Of a stretch of 64,000 nucleotides of DNA, positions 1-9,565 are shown piece after piece. Position 1 is the stretch's first letter, and every line of letters starts with the position of its first letter. Under the pieces are notes generated by a model. The model ran no database searches. It was given only the letters and a program-made list of their open reading frames with translations, and was not told where the DNA came from. Source of the DNA: an uncultured Acidobacteriota bacterium (GTDB taxonomy: Bacteria > Acidobacteriota > Thermoanaerobaculia > Gp7-AA8). Location of the stretch: contig CAWGHO010000003.1 in NCBI GenBank assembly GCA_963822445.1, forward strand, positions 864,001 to 928,000, written 5' to 3'. The translations under genes and the position numbers were made by a program.

Positions 1-39
1 AGGGCGTAGTGGAAAATCAGGCCGTTGACCGCCTACCGC

Positions 40-210
40 CTACTGCTTTCCCTCGTCTTCCCCCGGCTCCGGCGGCGGTGTGAAGCGGTTCGTGGCCATG
101 TCATCCGCGAACTCGGCCGGCTGATTGCGCGGCTCGGAGCTGTCGCGGCCCGTGCGCTTGGCCTGGGGAACTGTTTCTTCGCGGGCGTCGTCATCCTTTT
201 CGTGGGGCAT
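40..210 (-). CDS. small acidic hypothetical protein (56 aa)
   Basis: ATG at 210 preceded by a GAGGAG Shine-Dalgarno; MPHEKDDDAREE...; follows the dipeptidase on the same strand. Confidence 0.55.
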   Translation of the reverse strand: MPHEKDDDAREETVPQAKRTGRDSSEPRNQPAEFADDMATNRFTPPPEPGEDEGKQ

Positions 211-340
211 GGTCGTTCTCCTCGTGCCGTGACGGTGCATGGCGGGTGCCTTGCGGCTGACGTGGAGCGCCGCCGTCCCGGCGGCTGGCTCGCCGGCGTC
301 CCGCCGGCTCCGGAAAACGCCGGCGCTCCTGAAGCGCGGA

Positions 341-1588
341 TTACTTCTTATCCACGTCCGCGATGAGCGCGTCCCCGGGCGTCTTCTCCTTCTGCAGTCT
401 TGCCGCAACGGACTCGGCCTGCCGCATCACCCGCAGCACGTTGAGCCCGGCCAGTTTCTTGAGCTGCTGTTCGGTGTGGCCGCGGCGGAGGAGCTCGGTG
501 AAGAGCTTCGGGTAGTCGGCGACGCTCTCCAGACCGATGGGGGTCGTGCTGATGCCGTCGAGATCGCCGCCGATGCCGACGTGGTCTTCGCCGGCGATCT
601 TCATCACGTGCTCGATGTGATCGGCGACGTCATTGATGGTCGCGCGCGGCCGCACGTTCGCGGCGCGCCAGGCATCCAGCTCCGACTTCACCTTGTCCGG
701 CTGGCCCTGGTAGGCCTCTTTCAGCCGCGCTTCCATCGCCTCGCGATCCGCTTCCCACGTGCGCACTTTTTCCGAAACGAAGGACGGCACGAAGGTGACC
801 ATGACCACGCCGCCGTTCTGCTTTAGCCGCTGCAGAACGTCATCGGGGACGTTGCGCGCGTGATCGGTGATCGCCCGCGCCGAGGAGTGGGAAAAGATCA
901 CCGGCGCGGCGGTGGAATCGAGCGCGTCATGCATCGTCTTCGGCGCCACGTGCGAGAGATCGACGAGCATGCCCAGCCGGTTCATCTCCCCGATGACCAG
1001 CTTGCCGAACGCGGTCAGGCCGTTGTGCTTCGGATTGTCGGTCGCCGAATCGGCCCAGTCGTTGTTCAGCGAATGGGTGAGGGTCATGTACCGCGCGCCG
1101 TTCGCGTAATGCTGTCGCAGCGCGCCGAGGGAGTTGTTGATCGAGTGGCCGCCCTCCATGCCGATCATCGAGGCGATCCTGCCGCTCTTGTGAAGGCGAA
1201 CCACATCGTCGGCGGTGAGGGCGAGCCCGAAAACATCCGGATACGCGGCGTTCATGCGATGCACGACGTCGATCTGCTCCATCGTCGCCTGCACCGCGTC
1301 CGCGCCTTTGAGCGTCGCCGGCACGTAGACGGACCAGAACTGGGCGCCGAGGAGGCCGGTGCGAAGGCGGGGGATGTCGGTGTGGAGCGGTTTGGCGAGC
1401 TTCGACTGGTCCTGGCGGAGGTCGATCTGCGCCAGCTGATTCTTCACGCGCTCCCGGTACTGCCAGGGCAGGTCGTTGTGCCCGTCGATGAGCGGAACGT
1501 CGCGCAGGATGCGCTCCACCCGCGGGTCGGTCTGCGCGAGGAGAGGCAGGGTGAGGACGAGAAGGGCGATGAACAGGGTGCGTCGCAT
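341..1588 (-). CDS. secreted membrane dipeptidase (peptidase M19, renal dipeptidase family)
   Basis: Signal peptide; IDGHNDLP, GAQFWSVYVP, MEGGH, DLSHV, FSHSSA and HVGIGGDLDG motifs. Confidence 0.93.
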   Translation of the reverse strand: MRRTLFIALLVLTLPLLAQTDPRVERILRDVPLIDGHNDLPWQYRERVKNQLAQIDLRQDQSKLAKPLHTDIPRLRTGLLGAQFWSVYVPATLKGADAVQATMEQIDVVHRMNAAYPDVFGLALTADDVVRLHKSGRIASMIGMEGGHSINNSLGALRQHYANGARYMTLTHSLNNDWADSATDNPKHNGLTAFGKLVIGEMNRLGMLVDLSHVAPKTMHDALDSTAAPVIFSHSSARAITDHARNVPDDVLQRLKQNGGVVMVTFVPSFVSEKVRTWEADREAMEARLKEAYQGQPDKVKSELDAWRAANVRPRATINDVADHIEHVMKIAGEDHVGIGGDLDGISTTPIGLESVADYPKLFTELLRRGHTEQQLKKLAGLNVLRVMRQAESVAARLQKEKTPGDALIADVDKK

Positions 1589-1596
1589 GTACGTGC

Positions 1597-2928
1597 ATGT
1601 TAAAACGTCCGCCGATGTCCCTCGCCTTCGGCCCCAAAGAAAGCCATCCCATGGTCGACGCCTTTCTCGCCCCGCGCGTGCCGCGGTGGACCGAGCTCAA
1701 TCGCGCCGTCGACGAGCGGGATGACATGCTCGACTTCGCGATCAAGCTCTTCGAGCACGACCGCGACGTCGCCATCTCCAATTACTTTCAGAACGGCTTC
1801 GAGCAGTTCGAGCTGGTGCGGCACATCGCCGGCTGGCGCGCGCACCCGAAGACGATGCTCGATTTCGCCAGCGGCTACGGGCGCCTGACGCGCTTCCTCG
1901 TGCACGAGCATCTCGCCGATGACGTGACCGTGTCCGACATCCTCGAAGGGGGGATGGAGTTTCAGGCCGCGCAGTTCGGGGTGAGGACGATCGTCTCGAC
2001 GACTCGCCCCGTGGATTTTCCGGCGACGGGAAAGTACGACCTGATCTTCGTCGCGTCGCTGTTCACCCATCTGCCGGAGGCCGCGTTCACGGCCTGGCTG
2101 CGCAAGCTGGCGGCGTTGCTCGAGCCGGAAGGGCTGCTCATCTTCAGCGTGCACGACGAATCGATCGCCCCGGTGGCTGTCGACGGCATCGCCTTTCACA
2201 GCTACAGCGAGAGCCGCGTGCTCGACGCGAATGAATACGGTTCGACCTGGGTCACGGAACAATACGTTCGCGATCAGGTCGCGGCGATCGATCCCGCCTT
2301 CGCCTGCGTGCGGTTGCCGCGCGCGCTCAGCGACTGGCAGGACGTGTACGTGATCTCGCCGCGGCCGATCGCCGATCCGAAGCCGCGCCGCGTGCCCAAA
2401 GGCTTTCTCGATCAGTTCGAGATGACCGACGAAGGCCTCCGCTTCGCCGGCTGGGCCACGGTCCTCGGCGACCCTGTCGATCGCATCGAAGTGCGCGTCG
2501 ACAACCAGCTCGTCGCCACGGCGCGCGAGTTCTACGACCGCGATGACGTCGCGGCCTGGCTGAAGATCGATGCGGCGAGGAAGTCGGGCTGGTCGTGCGA
2601 CGTGCCGCATCGCGCCATCCGCTCCTTCCGCTATCAGGTCGTGACCGTCTCGGCGTTCTCGCGCGAAGGCGTGGAGCGCATCCTCTTTCATGGTGTGATC
2701 GAGTCGCTCGCCGGCGTGATCGCCCGCGAGAAAACGAAACAGCGCGACGAGCAACTCGCCCAGCGGGATCTCGAGCTGGGCTCGCTGCGACACGATGTGA
2801 CCGTGGCCGCGCATCAACGCGACTCGCTCGCGCAGCAGATCGAGGCCATGCGTCAGAGCCGGTTCTGGAAGGCGCGCGAGCAGTGGTTCCGCGTCAAGCG
2901 CGCGGCCGGACTGACGGACGAGGCCTGA
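1597..2928 (+). CDS. class I SAM-dependent methyltransferase with C-terminal beta-rich and coiled-coil extension
   Basis: LDFASGYGR SAM motif I; YDLIFVASLFTHLP; C-terminal MRQSRFWK tail typical of surface-glycan-associated proteins. Start may be 1615 or 1651. Confidence 0.8.
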   Translation: MLKRPPMSLAFGPKESHPMVDAFLAPRVPRWTELNRAVDERDDMLDFAIKLFEHDRDVAISNYFQNGFEQFELVRHIAGWRAHPKTMLDFASGYGRLTRFLVHEHLADDVTVSDILEGGMEFQAAQFGVRTIVSTTRPVDFPATGKYDLIFVASLFTHLPEAAFTAWLRKLAALLEPEGLLIFSVHDESIAPVAVDGIAFHSYSESRVLDANEYGSTWVTEQYVRDQVAAIDPAFACVRLPRALSDWQDVYVISPRPIADPKPRRVPKGFLDQFEMTDEGLRFAGWATVLGDPVDRIEVRVDNQLVATAREFYDRDDVAAWLKIDAARKSGWSCDVPHRAIRSFRYQVVTVSAFSREGVERILFHGVIESLAGVIAREKTKQRDEQLAQRDLELGSLRHDVTVAAHQRDSLAQQIEAMRQSRFWKAREQWFRVKRAAGLTDEA

Positions 2929-5205
2929 TTGGCGCTCGTGCTCTATCTGGCCGTCACCGTCGGCATCGCCGCGCTCCTGCGGAGGCTGATTCCGCGAACC
3001 GCGGCGATCGTCCTCATCGCCATGCCGCTGGTCTTCACCGGGCCGGCGCTCTTCACCGGCCGCACGTATGCGCCGCTCGATCTTCTGTACATGTCCGAGC
3101 CGTTCGCCTCCGCGGCATCGGTGCAGGTGCGCAACTCCGTGCTCACCGACATCTCGCACCAGATCATCCCGTGGAACGTCGCCGTGCGCGACACGGTTCG
3201 CGCGGGCGCGTGGCCGCTCTGGAATCGCTTGATGCTTTCCGGCGATGTGCTCGCCGCCGCGGGGCAGCCGGCGCCGTACTACCCGGTCACGATTCTGGCG
3301 TGGCTGCTGCCGCTCGCGCATGCGCTCACGTTCGCGGCGGCGATGGGCTTCTTCATGGCCGGGCTCGGCGCGTATCTTTTCTTCCGAAAACTGGAGTCGA
3401 GCGAGCTGGCTTCGCTGTTCGGCGCCGCGGCGTGGATGTACGCAACCCCCGTCGTCTTCTACCTGGAATGGCCCCTCGGCACATCCCTGGCGCTCCTGCC
3501 GCTGGTTCTGTTCGGCGCGGAATGGCTGCTCGAGGACGCGATCCCCGGAGCGATCGCGCTGACCATCGCCCTGACCCTGCTCATTCTGGCCGGACATCCC
3601 GAGAGCGTCGTGCATGTAGTCGGTGCGTCGGCCGCGTATGCGCTGGTGCGGCTGATCATGAAGCGCGCGTGGAACGTGCGGACGATCCTCGCCGGCATTT
3701 GCGCCGGAATCGCGGCACTGGCACTCACCGCCATCTACCTTCTTCCGATTCAGGACGCGTTGCCGCAGACGGTCCAGTACACGTTCCGGCGCGAAGTGTT
3801 CGCGCGGATGGACCGCTCAGTGCCGTGGCGCGAAGCGGAAGCGCTGGCCGTGCGGACGCTCGTGCCCTTCGCGTACGGCCGGCTCGCGCACGACGTCGCC
3901 GATGAAGTGCCGATGCGCTACTGGCTTTCGGACAATGGATACGCCGGCTCGATCGTGCTCGCGCTGGCCGCATTCGCGATCGTCCGCTCGCGCCGCCGCG
4001 AGCGCTGGCTGTTTCTCGGCCTGGTCCTCTTCGGCCTGATGGCCGGCTCGGATGCGCCGGGTGTCTCTGAACTCCTGGCGCGATTGCCTCTTTTCAACAT
4101 CGCGTTGAACGAGCGCCTCATCGTCTTGTGCGCGTTCGGTCTCGTTGCGCTTGCGGTGCTGGGGATCGACGCACTGGATCGCTCGTTCTGGAAGATTGCC
4201 GTGGAAACGCTGGTCGTGCTGGCGATTCTCGTCGCAGCGCTCTGGCCCTCGATGCGCGCGGCGAATCTGAGCGAGGAGCTGCTCGCGACCAACGCCGCCT
4301 TCCTGCTCGTGCCGCTGGCGATCGTTCCGTTTCTTCGCACGCGCGTGCCGCTGATCATCGGTCTGCTGCTCGCACAGCGCTTTCTCGAGATGGGCGATTT
4401 CTGGCCGACTGTCGACCGCAGCCTGGCCACGCCGAAATTGCAGCTCGTCGAGCGCTTGCCGCGAACCGGCGAGCCGTATCGCGTCGTCGGCCACGGTCCA
4501 GTCCTTCCGCCGAACAGCTCGGCCTACTTCGGCCTCGAAGACGTGCGCGGCTATCAGGCCATGAACCTGACGTTCTTCCACGACACCTTCGGCCTCTGGA
4601 GCAAGGCACCGCCGGTCGGCGCGAACATCGTCGACGACCTCGGCGCGCCGTTCCTCTCGTTGATGAACGTTCGCTACGCCTTCGCGGCCGCGGACGCGAA
4701 ACTGCCCGCCGGCTGGAACGTGATCGGGCGCGAGAAGGGCTATCTCATCGCCGAAAACACACGCGCTCTGCCGCGCGCGTTCATTCCGAAGACGGTGATC
4801 TGCGGTGCCGACGCATTGCAGGCCATGACCGGCGAGACTGATTTCGCCGCGCGGGCCTGGCTTCGCGGGGACTGCGAGACGACGCCCTTCATCAACGGGA
4901 CCGGAAGCGTGCGCACGACGCGCAGGAAGCCTGGTCATCTCACGCTCGATATTCGGACGACCGCGCCGTCGTGGGTGGTGGTGACCGAGACCGCCTGGCG
5001 CGGGTGGCGGGCGGTCGATGGGAAAGGGAAGCGGTTGCCGCTTCGGCGCGCGAACCACGCGTTTCTTTCATTTCAGGTTCCGGCGGGGGAGAGTCGGGTC
5101 GAGTTGATTTATCGGCCGCGGTCGTTTGTGTGGGGGGCGGGGATTAGTGGGATGGCGTTGGTTGGGCTTTTGGTGTTCCTCGTACGGCGGGTGTCTCACT
5201 CTTAG
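2929..5205 (+). CDS. YfhO-family polytopic membrane protein (GT-C-type glycosyltransferase)
   Basis: Many TM segments; WPLWN..GxxLAAxQ, LAGHPE, LEDVRGY, ENTRALPRAF and C-terminal GWRA..RANHAF..YRP motifs; TTG start abuts the previous stop. Confidence 0.82.
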   Translation: MALVLYLAVTVGIAALLRRLIPRTAAIVLIAMPLVFTGPALFTGRTYAPLDLLYMSEPFASAASVQVRNSVLTDISHQIIPWNVAVRDTVRAGAWPLWNRLMLSGDVLAAAGQPAPYYPVTILAWLLPLAHALTFAAAMGFFMAGLGAYLFFRKLESSELASLFGAAAWMYATPVVFYLEWPLGTSLALLPLVLFGAEWLLEDAIPGAIALTIALTLLILAGHPESVVHVVGASAAYALVRLIMKRAWNVRTILAGICAGIAALALTAIYLLPIQDALPQTVQYTFRREVFARMDRSVPWREAEALAVRTLVPFAYGRLAHDVADEVPMRYWLSDNGYAGSIVLALAAFAIVRSRRRERWLFLGLVLFGLMAGSDAPGVSELLARLPLFNIALNERLIVLCAFGLVALAVLGIDALDRSFWKIAVETLVVLAILVAALWPSMRAANLSEELLATNAAFLLVPLAIVPFLRTRVPLIIGLLLAQRFLEMGDFWPTVDRSLATPKLQLVERLPRTGEPYRVVGHGPVLPPNSSAYFGLEDVRGYQAMNLTFFHDTFGLWSKAPPVGANIVDDLGAPFLSLMNVRYAFAAADAKLPAGWNVIGREKGYLIAENTRALPRAFIPKTVICGADALQAMTGETDFAARAWLRGDCETTPFINGTGSVRTTRRKPGHLTLDIRTTAPSWVVVTETAWRGWRAVDGKGKRLPLRRANHAFLSFQVPAGESRVELIYRPRSFVWGAGISGMALVGLLVFLVRRVSHS

Positions 5206-5215
5206 AATGTCCGTT

Positions 5216-5635
5216 ATGCGTCACCTTTCGCTCTTCCTCATCCTTCTCGCGGCCGCCTGCTCCTCGACCCCCAATCCGTACCGGCCTACGGTGACGCTCG
5301 ATCAACTCAGCGCCATCAACTTTGCGGCGACCACGAGGGCGCCGTTCACGGTCGAGGTCCAGCTGACCAACCGGCACACCCAGCCGCTCACGTTGCGCCA
5401 CATGCGGATCGAGGGAGGCCTGAGCCAGCAGTACCGCGTGACGCCGGCCGACCAGTCGGTGCACGAGGTCATTCAGCCCAAGCAGACCTACACCCTCAGG
5501 CTGGTCATGAGCGCCTTTTCCCAGCAGGGGTTCATCCAGGACCCCGAGCCCCTGAACCTCCGCGGCTTCGTCAGCTACACCGTCGGCGAGCAGCAGTTCC
5601 GCGATCTGTACATCTTTCGGACGATGATGCAGTAA
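5216..5635 (+). CDS. lipoprotein, hypothetical
   Basis: MRHLSLFLILLAAAC lipobox; TAGAAT box 7 nt upstream. Confidence 0.7.
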   Translation: MRHLSLFLILLAAACSSTPNPYRPTVTLDQLSAINFAATTRAPFTVEVQLTNRHTQPLTLRHMRIEGGLSQQYRVTPADQSVHEVIQPKQTYTLRLVMSAFSQQGFIQDPEPLNLRGFVSYTVGEQQFRDLYIFRTMMQ

Positions 5636-5668
5636 CCCCCGCGGCAAAACTCCGTATAGGTAGCCAGC

Positions 5669-6895
5669 ATGAAGCGTCGTACGAAAATCATCATTACTGT
5701 CATTGTCCTTCTCGCCATCGCCGGAATCACCTTCGCCTCCATCAAGGGGAAGAAGCAGGAAGGCACGCCGGTCACGTTCGGAAAGGTCGAGCGGGTGGAC
5801 CTCACCAGCAAGGTCTCCGCGAACGGCCACATCGATGCCAAGCGCAAAGTCGACCTCTCCGCGAACGTCATGGGGCAGATCGTGAACCTGGCCGTCCGGG
5901 AGGGGGACGTCGTCAAAAAGGGCGATTTCCTCCTGCAGATCGATCAGAAGCAGCTCGCCCACTCGGCCGAAGGGGCCGCCGCATCGATGCGGGCGCTCTT
6001 CTCCGATCGTGATGCTGCCCGCGCCAATCTGGCCGAGGCCCAGCGGATTCACGAGCGGGCCCGGAACAATTACGAGCAGAAGATCATCCCGCTCGCCGAG
6101 CTCGACCGGGCTCGGACCGCCCTCGAGTCCGCCCGCGCGGCACTCAGCAGCATCGAACAGCGCGTCGGCCAGGCCCGCGCCAACGTCGCCGCCGCCCAGG
6201 ACACGCTCTCGAAGACGACCATGAAAGCGCCGATGGCCGGCATCGTCACGGCCCTGCCCGTCGAGGAGGGCGAAGTCGCGGTGATCGGCACCATGAACAA
6301 CCCCGGCACGATCCTCCTCACCATCGCCGACATGAGCGTGGTCGAGGCGGTGATGGAAGTCGACGAGACGGACATCCCCGCGGTGAAGGTCGGGCAGAGC
6401 GCCACGGTCACGATCGACGCCTATCCGAACAAGACCTTCAAGGGCATCGTCACCGAAGTAGGGTCGAGCCCGATCACCCGCATGGGCACGGCCAGCGCCG
6501 AAGCGATCAACTTCGAGGTCAAGATCCAGATCGAAAATCCGCCCGAGGGTGTGCGCCCGGGATTCTCCGCCTCGGCGGACATCATCACCGGCACGCGCTC
6601 GAAGGCGCTGTCCATTCCGATCCAGGCCCTGGTCGTCCGCGAAAAGCCGAACGTCAAGCCGCCGACGGATGAAGAAGGCGTCTACCTGCACAAGGACGGC
6701 AAGGCGAAGTTCGTCCCCGTCACCACCGGTCTGACCGGCGACACGAACATCGAGATCGTGAAAGGCGTGGCCGACGGCGACCAGATCATCACCGGCCCGT
6801 TCCGCGCGCTGCGCGAGATCAAGGACGATACGAAGGTCCGCGAGCAGAAGGAAGAGAAGAAGGACAAGGACGCGGAGAAGGGCAAAGAGTCGTGA
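5669..6895 (+). CDS. MacA/HlyD-family periplasmic adaptor subunit
   Basis: N-terminal TM, lipoyl motif VREGDVVKKGDFL, coiled-coil hairpin, VDETDI and RPGFSASADI. Confidence 0.92.
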   Translation: MKRRTKIIITVIVLLAIAGITFASIKGKKQEGTPVTFGKVERVDLTSKVSANGHIDAKRKVDLSANVMGQIVNLAVREGDVVKKGDFLLQIDQKQLAHSAEGAAASMRALFSDRDAARANLAEAQRIHERARNNYEQKIIPLAELDRARTALESARAALSSIEQRVGQARANVAAAQDTLSKTTMKAPMAGIVTALPVEEGEVAVIGTMNNPGTILLTIADMSVVEAVMEVDETDIPAVKVGQSATVTIDAYPNKTFKGIVTEVGSSPITRMGTASAEAINFEVKIQIENPPEGVRPGFSASADIITGTRSKALSIPIQALVVREKPNVKPPTDEEGVYLHKDGKAKFVPVTTGLTGDTNIEIVKGVADGDQIITGPFRALREIKDDTKVREQKEEKKDKDAEKGKES

Positions 6896-6903
6896 CGTTG
6901 ACT

Positions 6904-7009
6904 GGTTGCTGAGTTGCTTGGTTGCTGGGTTGCTCGGTGCTGCGCCGAGAGCCGTGATTGCGCCCCAGCGAAGCACCCAGCAACCTAGCAACCCAGCAAC
7001 TCAGCAACC
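6904..7009. repeat. intergenic palindrome with arms made of tandem octamers (GTTGCTNG / CAGCAACC)
   Basis: Left arm 6904-6941 and complementary right arm 6972-7009. Confidence 0.85.
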
Positions 7010-7015
7010 AACACA

Positions 7016-8227
7016 ATGGAGACTCTTCGCATCGCCGCCGGCGCCCTGCGCGCGCACAAGCTGCGCAGCTTTCTGACGCTTCTCGGCGTGATCATCGGGG
7101 TCATGACCGTGGTCACGGTCGTGTCGATCATCTCCGGGCTGAACAACTACATCGCCGAGAAGGTCTTCGATCTCAATCCGGACGTCTACGTCGTCTCCCA
7201 ATTCGGGATCATCACCAGCCGCGAGCAGTTCCTCGAAGCACTGAAGCGCAAGCCGATCACCTGGCGCGACTTCGAGATGGTTCGCGAGGGCTGCCAGACC
7301 TGCGCGGGGGTCGGTGTTTCCCACGGCCGCCGCGGCGCGATCAAGTTCGGGCCGGAGCGCGTCCCCGACATCCGCATCCGCGGCACCACGGCCAACATGG
7401 CCGAGATCAACAACATCGACGTCGAGGTGGGACGCTACTTCATTGACAGTGAAGAACACCGCTCCGCATTGGTCGTCGTGATCGGCTCGGACGTACGCGA
7501 CGCGCTGTTCGGAAAGCTCGATCCGATCGGCCGCATGATCCGCGTCGACAACAAGCCCATGCGCGTGATCGGACTGCTGCGCAAGCAGGGCACGGTCCTC
7601 GGCGAGAACCAGGACGACGTCGTCTACATCCCCGTCACCACGTGGCGCAAACAGTTCGGCGCCCGGAACAGCCTCGACCTCGTCATCCGCGCTCGCGGCG
7701 GTGTCGAAGGCATGGACAAGTCGCAGGACGAGGTGCGGGTGATGCTGCGCGGCGCGCGCAAGACCGCGTTCCGCTCCGATGATCCGTTCGGATACGTGAC
7801 TGCCGAAGTGCTGCAGAACCTCTGGAAGGGGATCTCCGCGGGGATGTTCTCGTTGATGATTTTCATCTCCGGCATCTCGCTCGTCGTCGGCGGCATCGTG
7901 ATCATGAACATCATGCTGGTCTCGGTCATCGAGCGGACCCGCGAGATCGGCGTCCGCCGCGCCCTCGGCGCAACCCGCGGCAACATCCGCAGACAGTTCC
8001 TCACCGAAGCGGTCTATCTCGCTCTTGGCGGCGGAATCATGGGAGTCGTGCTCGGCGCGACGATCGCCTTCATCATCGCGAAAGTCAGCCCGCTGCCGAC
8101 GCTGGTGCGTCCGATGACCGTCATCGCCGGCCTGGGCGTGTCCGTGCTGACCGGCGTCATCGCCGGAATCGTCCCGGCCATCCGCGCGTCGAAGCTGCCG
8201 CCGATCGATGCCCTGAGGTACGAATGA
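7016..8227 (+). CDS. MacB/FtsX-family ABC transporter permease
   Basis: RSFLTLLGVIIGV; GGIVIMNIMLVSVIERTREIGVRRALGA; PIDALRYE. Confidence 0.93.
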   Translation: METLRIAAGALRAHKLRSFLTLLGVIIGVMTVVTVVSIISGLNNYIAEKVFDLNPDVYVVSQFGIITSREQFLEALKRKPITWRDFEMVREGCQTCAGVGVSHGRRGAIKFGPERVPDIRIRGTTANMAEINNIDVEVGRYFIDSEEHRSALVVVIGSDVRDALFGKLDPIGRMIRVDNKPMRVIGLLRKQGTVLGENQDDVVYIPVTTWRKQFGARNSLDLVIRARGGVEGMDKSQDEVRVMLRGARKTAFRSDDPFGYVTAEVLQNLWKGISAGMFSLMIFISGISLVVGGIVIMNIMLVSVIERTREIGVRRALGATRGNIRRQFLTEAVYLALGGGIMGVVLGATIAFIIAKVSPLPTLVRPMTVIAGLGVSVLTGVIAGIVPAIRASKLPPIDALRYE

Positions 8228-9486
8228 TCGAGCTTCTCTTGCAAACGCGCGAGAACATCCGTTTCGCGACCGGCGCTCTGCTCTCGCACAAGCTCCGCTC
8301 GGCGCTGACGGTTCTGGGAATCGTGATCGGCGTGACCACGGTCATCGCCATGGTCTCGGTCATCGAAGGCTTCAACAACAGTGTCATCAGCAGCTTTCAA
8401 TCGTTCGGCGCGACGCTGGTGCAGTTCCAGAAGTTCGACGTGAACATGGGCCCGGGCCGTCGTGGTGAAGATCAGCGTCTGCGCAAGGAGCTGACCTACG
8501 AGGACGCGCTGGCCCTCAAGAAGCTTTGCCCGTCGATGGCGGCCGTGTCACCGGAGCGGTATTACTTTTCGCCCGACAACCGCGAGCCCGCTGCGGTCTA
8601 CGGCGGGGAAGAGGCATCGATCGACGAGTTCGCGGGGGTGAGCGAGGATTACCCGATCGCCAACAATCATCAGGTCGGCGAGGGACGGTTCATCAATGAA
8701 GGAGACGTCCGCCGCTCCGCGCCGGTGACGGTCCTCGGCTATGAGATCGCCAGGACTCTCTTTCCCCACTCCGACCCTCTGACGAAGGTCGTGGCCATCT
8801 CCGGCCGCAAGTACACGGTGATCGGAGTGATGGAGAAGCAGGGGCAGACGATGTTCGAGTCGACCGACCAGCACGTCTATCTCCCGATCACGCGGTTCGA
8901 CATCGATTACCCGCACGTGAAGCGGCAGCGCGGCGTGAACATCGCCACCGTGCCGCGCCACCCCGATCTGGTCAACAAGATCATCGAAGAGGGGACGACC
9001 GTGCTGCGCGCGCGCCGCAAGGTGCCGTTCAACAAGCCGAACGACTTCGGGATCATGACCCCGGACATGCTGATCAACAGCTTCAAGCAGATCACCGGCG
9101 GAATCGCGCTGGCCATGGTCTTCATCTCGTCGATTGCTCTTCTGGTCGGCGGAGTCGGCGTGATGAACATCATGCTCGTCTCGGTCACCGAGCGGACGCG
9201 CGAGATCGGCATCCGCAAAGCGATCGGCGCGGTGCGCCGCGACATCGTCCAGCAGTTCCTGACCGAGGCCATGACCCTCTCCGGAATCGGCGGCATCATC
9301 GGCGTCGCGCTGGGCCTGGCCATCGCCGCGATCGTGCGCGCCGTCAGCCCGCTCCCGACGACGACCCCTCTCTGGTCGATCATGGTCGGCCTCTTCGTGT
9401 CGATCTCGATCGGCCTGTTCTTCGGGATTTACCCGGCGTACAAAGCGGCCAGACTCGATCCCGTCGAGGCGCTGAGGTACGAGTAG
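8224..9486 (+). CDS. MacB/FtsX-family ABC transporter permease
   Basis: GGVGVMNIMLVSVTERTREIGIRKAIGA; LDPVEALRYE; ATGA overlap with the previous gene. Confidence 0.93.
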   Translation: MIELLLQTRENIRFATGALLSHKLRSALTVLGIVIGVTTVIAMVSVIEGFNNSVISSFQSFGATLVQFQKFDVNMGPGRRGEDQRLRKELTYEDALALKKLCPSMAAVSPERYYFSPDNREPAAVYGGEEASIDEFAGVSEDYPIANNHQVGEGRFINEGDVRRSAPVTVLGYEIARTLFPHSDPLTKVVAISGRKYTVIGVMEKQGQTMFESTDQHVYLPITRFDIDYPHVKRQRGVNIATVPRHPDLVNKIIEEGTTVLRARRKVPFNKPNDFGIMTPDMLINSFKQITGGIALAMVFISSIALLVGGVGVMNIMLVSVTERTREIGIRKAIGAVRRDIVQQFLTEAMTLSGIGGIIGVALGLAIAAIVRAVSPLPTTTPLWSIMVGLFVSISIGLFFGIYPAYKAARLDPVEALRYE

Positions 9487-9559
9487 TTACGGGGTTGCGA
9501 GGTTTCGGGGTTTCGGGGTTTCACTTCCCCGCAACCTCGTAACCCCGTAACCTCGTAAC
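9486..9559. repeat. intergenic palindrome with tandem octamer arms (GGGGTTWC / GWAACCYC)
   Basis: ttac-ggggttgc-gaggtttc-ggggtttc-ggggtttc ... gcaacctc-gtaacccc-gtaacctc-gtaac; the same unit recurs at 23826 and 36781. Confidence 0.85.
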
Positions 9560-9565
9560 GCCCCC

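Noticed and set aside
1600-3615. 671-aa ORF on the - strand and similar long antisense ORFs (5144-6991, 12313-14373, 15857-17401, 23827-25401, 26809-28257, 32041-33483)
   Set aside because: Shadow frames of well-supported genes on the opposite strand, expected at high GC3; no recognisable motifs.
6904-7009. Short repeat arrays as CRISPR
   Set aside because: Units are 7-8 nt and contiguous, with no unique spacers and no cas genes.
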